A DNA stretch of 64,000 nt from Octopus sinensis (GCF_006345805.1 NC_043003.1:99510001-99574000); one strand, 5' to 3'; positions 12,524 to 25,330 are shown, numbered from the stretch's first letter. Numbers and translations are program-made. The notes: a model not told the origin generated them from the sequence alone.

Positions 12524-15500
12524 CAGGGGCGTGCACTCTCAGCTATGCAAGCTATGCGCTGCATGCCTTCTTTGTTTCAAAGAAAACACGTCCAGTTGTT
12601 TTAGAAATATTTTGTCTCCCCTTCCCCTCTCTCAGTGACTCGTACTTCTGCTTTGATAAATGCTTTGAGAAGATCGCATGACACACACTCCCCCTCTGTC
12701 TGTATTAGTTTGTCCTTCCTTCCTCTCTCTCTCTCTCTTAGTGACTCGATAAATTTATTGTAGCTTGTCATGCGTTGAGAAGACCGCATGACACCCCCTC
12801 TCTCCCTCTCTTTGTTAGTTTGTCCCTCCTTCCTCTCTCTCTAAGTGACTTGTTTAAAAGATATGCTAGGAGGAATGGTCACCCCCTTCTCTCTCAGTGA
12901 TTCGACAAATTCAGTGTAGCGTGTCATGCTCTGAGAAGACCGCATGTCACGCCTCTCTGTCTATTCTGACCGAAACAAGAGCAAGCCCATAATTCTTGAG
13001 TTAGCCAGCTGAAATGTTGGAATAGCTTGGCATGTAAGTTTGAATTCTTTTATCCAAAACATCCGTTTGCACTATTATATATTTTGGAGTGTTTTGAAAA
13101 CAAAAATATAATCTATATTATATTTCTTATTTCAGAAATAGCTAATTAATCTTAAATTAATTTAACAAAGGGTATTTTTCCGTTTTGTTGAAATTGACTT
13201 ACAATTTACGCCGGCGCTTCCACGTGGGTCCTTATATAAGAGCAGCCTTTTTCAAAATGAGTGAAATGTGTGTTATAAACGATATTTTGAGAAGTAGTTT
13301 TTCGAAAAGAGACTTCGATGGAAAATAATTAATTATAAGTGGTGGGAGACCAACCGAATTTACCTAATTTGCGAAGCTACAACAAGAAATTCACGAGACA
13401 ATTTCAGGTTAATTCGTATGAAAAGAAGAAATGATTAACTGGAAGTGTTGCTCTTAATAAATTATTCTGTTGGCCGTGTTTACTTTTTGGCTTAGAAAAA
13501 AATGTTTGGAATGATAAAGGCTATGATGATTTAAATAATTTACATATGGCTATGCTAAAGAACGAGCGTTCTCAAAGGCATATAAAATGTTTGATAGACC
13601 TTAAAATATTCGGAAATGTTCGCATAGACTTACAATTAGATGCACGTAAAAATCAAAGCATACAACATCATAATGAGAAAGTTCGACGAAACAGATCCAT
13701 TCTGCAACGATTGATCGATGTTGTTATTTTTTTTAGGCCTCCAGGAATTATCGTTTCGGGGTCATTTTGAATCTGAAGGCTCTAATAATCGTGGAAATTA
13801 TAAAGAACTCGTTTATTTGATCAGTAAATATGACAAAAAAATGGAAAGTCATTTAGATACAGCTTCTATCTTCACTGGTCTGTCGAACAGAATTCAAAAT
13901 GACTTGATCGAAGCAATTCATAAAGTTATGTTGAATGAGATGCAGAAGGAAATTGAGCAAGCTAAGTTTGTTTCTATTCTTGTTGATGAGACATCTGATG
14001 TCTCAGCATCTTCACAACTGTCAACAGTTTTACGTTATGTTACAGAAGACTGTGTGACGAAAGAACGATTTATCGGTTTTAGTGATGTTAGTGCAGATCG
14101 ATCTGCAAATGCTTTGAGATGTGGAAATGTGGAAACTAATTGATTGCACAGACATATGATGGTGCCGCTACAATGGCAGGACAACTAAATGGGTTACAGG
14201 CAAAAGTAAGAAAGAGATATGAATGTGCGATCTTTATTCATTGTTGTGCCCATATCCTAATTTTAGTTCTTTCACAATCATGCTCTGCTATGAAAGAATG
14301 CAAGATATTTTTTCTACAATAAACGGACTCGGTATATTTTTTACGAAATCACCGAAAAGGGCTAATGCATTAGATAACATTGTTAAAAAAAGATTTCCGA
14401 AAGCAACAGCAACTAGATGGAATTACTCCTCACGTCTTATTACCACGAAGGAAAATTATAATTTCATAATCAGCCTTTTGAACACATCATTGAAAATCCT
14501 AAAGCATGGGATGATACCACCATAAATTCAGCAAGCTCCTGATTTCTTATTTTTGTTAGAAGTATTCAGTGACATTTTTTCTTTTACTGACGTTTTATTT
14601 AACATACTCCAGAGTAAAAGTCATGACATAGTGTATTGTAAAGAGCAAATAGATAAAACTAGACCTGTACTTGAAAACAAACTTGATAATTTTTCAATCT
14701 TTTATGATAGGTTAGGGGGAAAATATGGAGTCGATGCAGGAATCGGAATTCAGAGATCCAAGAATATATCTATTGATCCCCAATCACATTATAGAATGCT
14801 TTATAACAAAATTATCAGTACAATAGTTGACCAAATAAAAGCACGATATTCATCCTTAGAAGAGTTTAAATTCATGGAACTTTTGAATTTCAACAAAGTT
14901 GATGAGTATTGCAAACAATTTCCTGTGGACTCTTTAGATTCTTTAAGAACAACTTATGGCAGATTTTTTGATGTAATATGATTACAAAGTGAGGTCAATG
15001 TGATGTATTCAATGAAAGATTTTAAAAAACCAAGTGTAAGTCATTTAATGAGTTACATTAACAGCAGTAATCTTGTTGAAGCTATGCCAGAACTCTTCAA
15101 TCTGTGCAAGTTGATTTTGACAATTCCGTTTACCACTGCTTCTGTAGAGTGATCCTTTTCTGCATTAAGTAGAATTAAAACATACCAAAGAAATGCGACA
15201 GGAGAAAGAAGACTGTCTGGGTTAGCACTAAGGTCAATTGAAAAAGATTTATTACAAGAATTGATGAAAAGAGAAGATTTCTATGAAAATGTGATAGATA
15301 TATTTGCCCAGAAAGATCGAAAAATTGAATTAATTTATAAATGAGGTAAATAACATTTTAAAACATTAAAAAGATTAATATATTTAAGAGCATATATTAC
15401 AGGTTTTGCTTAGTATTTGTTATAACGTAAGGTTCGACCTTCTTACATCAGTATTGTTTCGCAGAAGAAATGTTTCGATTTCTTTGTCAAACCTAACCTA

Positions 15501-16310
15501 CATAGATTTCCCTTTCTGTGCTGCTGGGTGTAGTCTATTTACGGCTGTAAATAAGTGTCTTGTTTCACTTTCAATAAGTGTCTTGTTTCAATCTCAGAGA
15601 TGTTGACTTCTGCCACAACAGTTTTGGGAGGCTTTTTACAATGTTGAATTTTCGCTGTCTTTCATTGTGTGTGTATTCATGTATATGTGTGTATTTTCAA
15701 TGTGTGTGCGTGAGACGTAGTCTTTTAATGTACGGAGTTCAGTAAGTCTCAGAACAGTCAATAATTTTCCCAGAATTGACAAGTAGCATGATAAAGCACC
15801 TGACTTGTTTTCGAGAGTGTAACGATCTAAAACCATGGACATATAATGTTACTAAATGTGTTCTTTTAATTAAATCATTTCATTCAGCTCAACCAATAGG
15901 GGCTAATGCAGAATCGCACCTCTTTGAAAAACGAATTTTTGTGAAAACTTTTTTGGGATTCCTACCTTTAACAGAGATTCTGAATATGCAAAAATATTGA
16001 CAGAATCCAATTTCATCTTTATTACATTTCACTTATGATTTTTAGACTTTTCTAAGGGAGAATGAGGATGGGAAAGCACTGACGTTTCGAAGAGCAAAGA
16101 ATAATACAAACAATACACTTATTTCAGGCTCATCTCTACACAGCCATTTTTTATTCCCTGTTTATTCTAGGTCATACGGGGGTGATTGCATATTCAGAAT
16201 CTCTTATATGTAAATCGTAGGAATACGAAAATGTTTTACTGAAAAATTGCCGGTGGGGGTGGCAATGAAATTCATTGCATGCCCAACGCCGGAAGTCACC
16301 GCTGGCAATG
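12524..16310 (+). mobile_element. hAT DNA transposon with 8-bp TSD ATATTTAC
   Basis: Starts caggggcgtgc; atatttac at 12516-12523 and 16311-16318; transposase inside; right TIR decayed. Confidence 0.9.
13257..15344 (+). pseudogene. hAT transposase (ZMYM1-like/DUF4371 type), disrupted
   Basis: FRGH, GNYKEL, IQNDLI, SILVDETSD, QTYDGA, IHCCAHIL, TRW, TTASVE*SFSALSRIKT; many stops and frameshifts. Confidence 0.9.
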
Positions 16311-16639
16311 ATATTTACATTGGACATTAAAAAATACAGTTTATAAAATTTAAAAAAATATTTATATGGAGAGAAATAATGTGTCTACCTTATAACAGCT
16401 CGTTTGGATTTCTCTTATAGCCATTCTCGATGCCATTGTCCTTGTCCTGGGCGAGGAGGTCGGAATCTAAGTTTTTTACGAAAAAATGTTTTATCTCGTT
16501 TGGCTTAACAGCCCTTTTTGTTTGTGTTACTGTTATTCTCTGTGTCCTGTCTTTTACTGTTTATATTTTGTACTGTCGTTACTGTCCTGGTTTTGTTACG
16601 ATTTTTATACCCCTCCACAAAAAAATCTCAAATATTATT

Positions 16640-16925
16640 TAATTTGATTTTCGCAGGAAGGAAAGTTTTATTGAAGTCATGTATCGCCTTGACCTTCGAA
16701 ACGTGGAGTAGATGAAACAAAGACGACTGAAGAAGGGGAATTTCCCTTGTTTTATATGTCCTGTACTCTATTTTTCGTTGTTTAAAAGAAATTTCCATTT
16801 CTTTGGTTTTGTGTTTATGTTTTCGTTTCTTATTGTGTTCGACGTTTTTTTTTGGTATCCTGTACCCATATATACATGTATATATACATGTAGAGGTAGA
16901 TACGTACATATATGTATATATATAT
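16640..16925 (+). repeat. Interspersed repeat ending in (TA)n; same family inverted at 62720-62850
   Basis: Shared gtttatgttttcgtttct...cctgtacccatatatacatgtatatatacat. Confidence 0.6.
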
Positions 16926-16999
16926 ATATATGCATATGTTTTATTTATTAATTTATTCTATGACGGAACGCACGCATCCATTTCTAAGTAAGATCGTTC

Positions 17000-17057
<58 letters not shown>

Positions 17058-18120
17058 GTACGTGTGAGTGTGTGTGCGTGTGTGTGTGTTTATACATTTT
17101 ATATGTATATGTATATGTATATACATACATACAGACAGACATTTGTATATTTACATGGAAACAGTTGAATGTGATTTCCAGATCGCTGCTGTTTAGTTGT
17201 CACCAGACTGTGGTCTTTAAGGCTTTACATATTGTGCATTTGGCAGAATGCTGAGTGCGATTTGGGAGGAAGGGGTGGTGGGAATAGTTTTTCGGATCTG
17301 ATAAAGAAAGTTTGTTATTAATTGGCTTTTATAGAGTTCATAAGGCGTGTGTCATATTCAAGTTATAATTTATGTTGGTCGAAATTTTGACTGATCAAGT
17401 CTTTATAAATGATAAAATAGACATTACTTCCACATTTTGTTATAATTAACTACTGTCAACTTTAGTAGAGGCACCACTCACACACAGTGTTATAATTAAC
17501 TATTGTGAGCATCAGTGGGAGCATCATTCCCACGTGGGTTATAATTAACTGGTGTTTAACGGAATTGAGCTTATTCCTTAGTTTCTTGTTTCGAGTTCTA
17601 TTCCCTATGCGAAGACACCTGTGACAGACCAGTGTATTAGATGGGTGGGGAGGGGCATTAACTTTTATCAGCTTAACGCTACGTAAAATGGACATAAGCT
17701 GCTGCGGACCATATCCTTTTAATTCAGGAAAGATTAGCTAATTATGTAAAATATAGTAAATATTTCAGTTATAGAGCCAAAGATAAACTAACTCTAGTTT
17801 GAGATAGCAACGTTATTTTAATCCCCATTTAAAGACATTACATTTCAATTAGCTTCTTAGACCTTTCAGAAAATCCCCAGCAGCTAAAACGTATGACTTT
17901 AGTGCCAATTCAAAATAAAACCATTATTTCAGTAATGACTGCCGTAGACCGAAAAATAAGTTCTCTGTGAATGATTATCCTCGTTCCAGTTTCGAGCTCC
18001 GTTGAAGATATACTTTATGCTTTGTCTTCTGTGAAAAAAATATATAAATTTTGGTGTTTATTCAAAATGTGGTAGTTAACTTGTAATTGTTTGTATTGTT
18101 GAAAGGAACGACGTCATTAT

Positions 18121-18465
18121 GTATTACATGGGAAAATGCGATCAAGAGAAATAATTTTCTTCAGATTATAAAACTGGAAAAGTAGAGAAGTTATTACACT
18201 CGGAAAAGTTCAGAACAAGTTATTACATCTGGTAAAGTACAGAACAAGAAAATTTTTACTTCAAATATTGCAGCTAAGGATAAAAGGTACTACTTAAACT
18301 TAACTTAGCTGCAATATTTTAAGTAAAAATTTTCTTGTTCTGTACTTGACCAGATGTAATAACTTGTCCTAAACTTTTCCAAGTGTAATAACTTGTCCTG
18401 TACTTTTCCAGTTTTATAATCTTAAGAATAGTATTTCCCTTGCTCGCATTTTTCCATGTAATCCA
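18121..18465. repeat. Foldback inverted repeat (~155-bp arms with internal ~29-bp tandem units)
   Basis: attacatgggaaaatgcg...gcagctaag mirrored by cttagctgc...cgcatttttccatgtaat. Confidence 0.85.
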
Positions 18466-19003
18466 TGGTTTTCCCAGGTTATGCTATTATGCTAATTAAT
18501 AATGTGTCAAATGTGTTAATTAGCGGTGTCGTTGATAATTTTTTCCTTACCTCAATGATGCCTTTACAGAACTATATTCACAAACAAGCATAGAGAAACA
18601 AACACTCAACGTTTTTCATTTAAAACTTCATTGCATGAGATTGATACCATGGAATTTTTCGAACTGAGTTCTATTATTCAAGCTTAATTAAAATATAGTC
18701 TGTTTTTAAAATAAAATAGGTAATTATACTTACATCCAATTTTTTGCCTTACTTATATTTTTCATATTTTATCTCACAAATTTTTTGATAGCAATTTTTG
18801 TTATATTGGGCCAAAACTACGAAATTCTTCATGCTTTCCTCTATCATTATGATAAATATATTTTGCTTTTAAAGTAAAAAGTTATTTAGATCTAAACTTG
18901 ATTGGTGGCGTTACTTACTCTCCTATAACGTTGCTACATATTTTGATGTAAATTTTTTTCTACTTGACCAAATCACAAATTTTTTAATGTCAAAATGTAA
19001 CTA

Positions 19004-19402
19004 GGCGCAGGAGTGGCTGTGTGGTAAGTAGCTTGCTAACCAACCACATTCCGGGTTCAGTCACACTGCGTGGCATCTTGGGCAAGTGTCTTCTGCTATA
19101 GCCCCGGGCCGACCAATGTCTTGTGAGTGGATTTGGTAGACGGAAATTGAAAGAAGCCTGTCGTATATATGTATATATATATATGTGTGTGTGTATGTGT
19201 GTGTGTTTGTCCCCCAAGCATTGCTTGACAACCGATGCTGGTGTGTTTACGTCCCCGTCACTTAGCAGTTCGGCAAAAAAGACCGATAGAATAAGTACTG
19301 GGCTTACAAAGAATAAGTCCCGGGGTCGATTTGCTCGACTAAAGGCGGTGCTCCAGCATGGCCGCAGTCAAATGACTGAAACAAGTAAAAGAGTAAAAGA
19401 GA
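19004..19402 (+). mobile_element. Full-length SINE family A (octopus OK-like)
   Basis: A box tggctgtgtgg, B box gggttcagtc, internal TA/TG microsatellite, gagtaaaa tail. Confidence 0.88.
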
Positions 19403-19570
19403 GAGGAACCAGTGCTCTTCAAAAATGTTAACAGTTTTCAATTTGGTTAAGAACTGAATTAGTAACAAGCTCTGAAAGATGCTGTGTGAGTAAATTGCGG
19501 TCTTAAGAATATTATTCAACTACTTCCGAAGTTGAATGATATATGTATGTATTTATGTATGCATATATGT

Positions 19571-21519
19571 CAGGGGCGTGCACTCTCAGGTATGCAAGGT
19601 ATGCGTTGCATGCCCTGTGATTTTTTTATCCATATGATCGGAAAATTAGATAAAATAGTTACTTTGTTTCAAAAAAAATCCGTCCAGTTGTATTTTTCTC
19701 CCCTTCTCTCTCAGTGACTCTACTTCTGCTTTTAGAAGTCATGCATTGACAAGACCAGCATGTCAGACACTCCCTCTCTGTCTCAGTTTGTCCTTCCTTC
19801 CTCTCTCTCTCACTCTTAGCGACTTGTTTAAAAGACATGCTAAGGGGATAGGGCTTTTGAAATATTTTTACCCCCTTCCTCTTTCTCTTAGTGGCTATGC
19901 TGTGGTAAGACCCGCATGACCTCCCTCTCTGTCTCTTAGTTTTTCCCTCCTTCCTCTCTCTCTCTTAGTGAATTGATAAAACAGATGCTAGGAGGAAAGG
20001 TCGTTCATAATATTTTGTACCCTCTTCCTCTCTCTCTCGGTGGCATGTCATGCTATGAGCTGACCGCATGATACACACTTTCTGTATCTTTCTGTTTTGT
20101 TGAAATTGACATACAATTTACGCCGGCGCTTCCACGTGTGTTCGTATATAAGAACATCCTTTTACGAAATGAGTGAAATGTGTGTTATAAACGACATTTT
20201 GAGAAATAGTTTTTCGAAAGGAGAATTCGATGGAAAATAATTAATTATATCGGTGGGAGACCAACACCGAAAAGGGCTAATGCATTAGATAACATTGTTA
20301 AAAAAAAAGATTTCCGAAGGCAACAGCCTCACGGCTTATTATTACCACAGAGGAAAATTATCATTTCATAATCAGCCTTTTTGAGCACATCATTGAAAAT
20401 CCTGAAGTATGGGATGATACCACCATAAATTCAGCAATTGGATTCTTACAAACTTTAAAAGCTCCTGATTTCTCATTTTTGTTAGAAGTATTCAGTGAGA
20501 TTTTTTCTTTTTTCATATTTAACATCCTTCAGAGTAAAAGTCATGACATAGTGTATTGTAAAGATCAAATAGATAAAACTAGAACTGTACTCGAAAACAA
20601 ACTTGATAATTTTTCAATCTCTTTTACTTGTTTCAGTCATTTGACTGCGGCCATGCTCGAGCACCGCTTTTAATCGAGCAACTCGACCCCGGGACTTATT
20701 CTATCGGTCTATTTTGCCGAACCGCTAAGTAACGGGGACATAAACACACCAGCATCGGTTGCCAAGCAATGCTAGGGGGACAAACACAGACGCACAAACA
20801 CACACACGCATATATATATATACCACGGGCTTCTTTCAATTTCCGTCTACCAAATCCACTCACAAGGCTTTGGTCGGCCCGAGACTATAGTAGAATACCC
20901 TTGCCCAAGGTGCCACGCAGTGGAACTGAACCCGGGGGGAAAAATATGGAGTCGATGCAGGAATCGGAATTCAGAGATCCAAGAATATATCTATTGAGCC
21001 CCAACGACATTATAAAATGCTTTATAACAAAATTATCAGTACAATAGTTGACCAAATAAAAGCACGATATTCATCTTTAGAAGAGTTTAAATTCATGGAA
21101 CTTTCGAATTTCAACAAATTTGATGAGTATTGCAAACAATTTAAAAATCATGGGTACTATTTAAGAAGAGTGGTCCCGGTGCGCGCACCCGAGCATCCAC
21201 GCCAGCTAGTCGTGACTAGTCGATCCTTACTTTGTGTTTTATTTACTTTGTTTAAAACATTATTTACTTTGTGTTTTTGTGTTTTATATATTTTGTTTAG
21301 AAAATTTATTTACTTTGCTAGATAGTCGTAGGATCGACTAGTCACGACTACCAGGGCGACGTTTTTTTTTTATTCTCGGTCATACGGGGTTGATTGCATA
21401 TTCAGAATCTCCCATATGTAAATCGTAGGAATTCGAAAATTTTTTTACTGAAAAATTGCCCGGGGGGGGGGCAAAGAAATTCATTGCATGCCCAGCCCCG
21501 GAAGTCACCGCACGCCACG
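19571..21519 (+). mobile_element. Internally deleted derivative of the 12524-16310 hAT element
   Basis: caggggcgtgc...gcacgccacg termini; collinear blocks matching the full copy. Confidence 0.88.
20620..20934 (-). mobile_element. SINE family A (5'-truncated) nested in hAT derivative
   Basis: Interrupts sequence that is contiguous at about 14700-14715. Confidence 0.85.
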
Positions 21520-21759
21520 TATGTATATATGTGTGTGTATATATGTATGTATGCATGTATGTATGTATGTATGTATGTATGTATATATGTATGTATGTAT
21601 GTATGTATGCATGCATGCATGCATGTATGTATGTATGTATATATGTATGCATGCATGTATGTATGTATAAATGTGTGTGTGTGTGTGTCTGTATGTGTGT
21701 GTATATATGTATGTATGTATTATATGTATAGTTCAGCACACACACACACACATATGACG

Positions 21760-22335
21760 GACTCTCCCGTCAGATACGACGTATGAGTGTTCAGCGAGAA
21801 GACAATAGTAGACATCCAACCAAACAGACAATCAACAATACACATTATTATTACTATTATTCACCAGTGTTTGCAAGTCATTCACTTCACCTAGTCCTTA
21901 GACCACCCATGTGAGTCCTTAGACCATCAAAAGCAATATGGGTATGGGCATGACTTATTAAACCAGCACGCGTTCTAGCGGAGAAAACACAATGTACACG
22001 ATGATGGTTTGCGGTAAGACTGCCGTTGTGTTGGTTTATTTTCCTATTTTTCCATAACTGCTCTTGATGAAGTATCCTTTGAGTTTCGAAATTTTGAAGC
22101 TGACAAAAGCATTCTCTCCTCCAGTCTGCGCAGTTTCTTGCAAGATTCTCAAAGCTTTCTTTGAAATGCCAGAATATGCATTTCAAAATATCTTTTACTT
22201 TGTCCTTATACCGTAGAAGTGGTCGGTTACATTGCGTCGTGAATTTTCAAGCTGACCATGAAAGATTTGTTTTCATTTTCGACCATTATTCATGCGAAGG
22301 ATGCGTCCATACCATCGCATCTGCGACTTGATTGG
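21760..22335 (-). mobile_element. RTE-clade LINE 3' relic
   Basis: Minus strand encodes MRWYGRILRM...FHGQL...RPLLRYKD...ENLARNCADWR-like sequence. Confidence 0.65.
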
Positions 22336-22339
22336 AGCA

Positions 22340-23180
22340 TCAGAAGTAACCGCAAACTTCTCTGTGTGACAAACCCGTTGTAGCTTAAGTTTCCGCCGCT
22401 TGAAGCCACTTGATGCAACCCTCAGGCATCAGTATACCGACCGGCAGCGTCGAGTGTATTCCTACTGCTACGTGGTGCGTCTTTGCTTTGCAATACTTCT
22501 CCACTGTTTGTCGATTTTTGCAATGATTGAAACGAAGGAACAACACGTTTCCCTGAAATTCTGTTTTCTACCGGGAAACAGTTGTCATGCTTCAAACAGT
22601 TTACGAGGACGCTGCCATGGGGAAAACACAAGTTTACGAGTGGTTTTCACGCTTTAGAAATGGTCACTTGTCGCTTGAAGACCAACCTCTTTCAGGACGA
22701 CCGTCGAGCCCCTGACCGTACAAAAACATCACGAAAATTCATGAACTGATCTTGGAGGACCTTCGTCGAACAACTGACGGACTTGTTGACATGTCTGATG
22801 GTTCCTGGACCTCCTGCCAACGAATTTTGAGCAAGGAACTGCAAATGAAAAGAGTTGCAACAAAATTTATGCCTCGCTTGTTCATGGAAGATCAAAAGCA
22901 GTCAGGACTGACTTCGTGTCGAGAACTGAAAGAAGAGTTGGGAATTGATCTGGATCTGTTTTTGAAGGTCATCACTGATGACGAAAGCTGGTGCTACGGA
23001 ATTTGTTGATGTGGAAGAGGTGAAGAAAAAAAAGACGGAGGAGTTAAAAGACATCACTTTACAACAGTAGATGCACTGCTTCAAATGGAGAATATTTTGA
23101 AGGCGATAAAAGTGTAAACATGTAAAACTAAGTGAATAAAATATTACAAAATTACGGTTTCTGTTGGGTACACCCTCGTA
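22340..23180 (+). mobile_element. Mariner-like element, internally deleted
   Basis: EQHVSLKFCF, VYEWFSRF, SGRPS, VITDDESWCY; right end gggtacaccctcg followed by TA. Confidence 0.85.
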
Positions 23181-23197
23181 TATAAATATATATATAT

Positions 23198-23292
<95 letters not shown>

Positions 23293-23295
<3 letters not shown>

Positions 23296-23839
23296 AATAT
23301 TAGGGAGTAAATCCAAACTTACAGGGAAAAATTAGATTTAGGATTAAATCTTATTTTATAGTATAAATATATATTATATTAAATTAGAGATAAAACCACT
23401 ATTAGGCAAATCAAACAGTGAAAATCATAAGCCAATACATAGAAATAAAAGTAATTAAAAAATATAAAAAATATAAAATATAAAATATAATAACCCAATT
23501 AAAATATTTAAATTAAAGTTAAAATTTTTAAAATTATTTAAATTAATAAATTAAACTTATAAATTTTAAATATATATATTCATTTATTTATTATTATTTT
23601 ATTTATTTATTTATTTATTTTTTAAATTTATTTATTTATTTAATTTTTTTTACTTTTTTTATTTTAAACTATCGAAAAGTATTAAAAGTTTAATATAAGA
23701 TAAAGTACTCTTTATCTTATATTAAACTTTTAATACTTTTTGATAGTTTAAAATAAAATAAATAAATAAATAAGTTTAAAAAAATAAATAAATAAATAAA
23801 ATAATAATAATAAAAAATATATATATATATGTATATATA

Positions 23840-23879
<40 letters not shown>

Positions 23880-24092
23880 TATATATATATTTAAAATTTA
23901 TAAGTTTAATTTATTAATTTAAATAATTTTTTAGAATTTTAACTTTAATTTAAATATTTTAATTGGATTCTTATATTTTATATTTTTTATATTTTTTTAT
24001 TAATTTTATTTCTATGTATTGGCTTATGATTTTCACTGTTTGATTTGCCTAATAGTGGTTTTATCTCTAATTTAATATAATATATATATAAA

Positions 24093-24095
<3 letters not shown>
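23293..24095. repeat. AT-rich palindrome built from a PLE-type 3' end
   Basis: Centre aatataagataaag-tact-ctttatcttatatt near 23707; arms share attagagataaaaccactattaggcaa with 62160-62220. Confidence 0.85.
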
Positions 24096-24164
<69 letters not shown>

Positions 24165-24166
<2 letters not shown>

Positions 24167-24560
24167 TAAATGTGATTAGGGTGCTAGAAACACCTACATT
24201 GGTAGAAATAAGAGCTAAAATGCTCTAATGGTGTTGTCAACGCACATAAATGTAAACGTATGTACTAAGAGGGACCTTAATCGTCGGTAAATTATCCATT
24301 AATTTGGATGAGAAAACATATATTTTAATAGAGAAGCAACTCCGAAAATAGCCGAAGTTCGAACTAGTCTTAACTGATGAGGCAACGGAAATTGCCGAAA
24401 CTGACGTCAGTATTAAGAATTTTTGATCGGCACTTTTCAGACAATTAAGGTCCCTGTTTGTGTTTATGTTTACGTTCATGTGCGTTGACTACAGCATTAA
24501 AACATTTTAGCTCTTATTTCTGGCAATGGAGGTGTTTCTAACACCCTAATCACATTCAGT
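24165..24560 (+). mobile_element. Non-coding foldback element with central hammerhead ribozyme
   Basis: ~120-bp inverted arms (24165-24285, 24438-24560) around an HHR. Confidence 0.75.
24368..24418 (+). ncRNA. Type I hammerhead ribozyme, canonical core
   Basis: tcttaa-CTGATGA-ggcaa/ttgcc-GAAA-ctgacgtcag-TA-ttaaga; all three stems pair; GUA cleavage triplet ending 24412. Confidence 0.9.
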
Positions 24561-25119
24561 GACAATTATAGTTCTCCTTTTTGGTGAAGCATTACAATCT
24601 GCAGTAGTGGTGGTGGTGGCGGCAGTGGTGGTGTTGGAGCCGGTGTTACTGGCATCAGATCAGACATTTCAGTAGAACATCTATAACGGTAAGACACTCA
24701 CGAAAAGAAAAGAAAACAAATTGAATGAAACAGAAAAATTATAAAAACCAATAACAAAACAACAAAAACGACGACAAGAATTCCAGTCCTGGTATATTCT
24801 GAAAACAGCAGCATCTTCTGAGACTTGTCTTTGCCTGTGCTGTTACTCTCTACTTCTGATGCTCCTGCTGACTGAAACCTTCACGTTATTTTTGCTACCA
24901 CGTGACTGCCTACCTTGTACTGCTGGTTTCATGGGCCGTATTTCTGCGCCTGCAACTGGACAATGCTTCGGAATAGCCATTTATTTTTTGGGGGAGTCAC
25001 AAAATCTCGAAAGTTCAAACTGACTGCTCCGCTAACCATTTGCTCCTCGCCGTATTGGCTCTTACAACCCTCCAATTGTATTGCCATACAAAGATGACAA
25101 CAAGCTAGAGGTTACAGTT

Positions 25120-25287
25120 CTATATTTAAGAGATGAGTAATTATGTACATTATTTACATTTGACGGATATTTGTCCTCATCTTGTTTGTTGTTAACACAA
25201 CGGTTCGGCTGATATACCCTCTAGCCTTCATCAGGTATCTTGGGGGAAATTTCGAACCTGGGTTCTTATTCCTAAGGTATTTTTCGA

Positions 25288-25290
<3 letters not shown>
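25120..25290 (-). mobile_element. Short (TAA)n-anchored HHR-bearing element
   Basis: Inverted paralog at 27335-27468. Confidence 0.7.
25194..25239 (-). ncRNA. Minimal hammerhead ribozyme (A15.1 mutated)
   Basis: gatac-CTGATGA-aggct...agcc-GAAC-cgtt-gtgtt. Confidence 0.65.
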
Positions 25291-25319
<29 letters not shown>

Positions 25320-25330
25320 TATTATTATTA

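Noticed and set aside
13257-15344. Host ZMYM1-like gene
   Set aside because: Bounded by TIR/TSD and riddled with stops; it is a dead transposase.
16690-16750. GAAACGT...CTGAAGA as a permuted (type II) hammerhead
   Set aside because: Stem I cannot be formed and the cleavage triplet is wrong.
19004-19080. tRNA gene
   Set aside because: A/B boxes belong to a SINE head that continues into the SINE body; no full cloverleaf.
22972-22992. CTGATGA-C-GAAA hammerhead-like string
   Set aside because: No stem II; it is the mariner catalytic TDDESW codon sequence.
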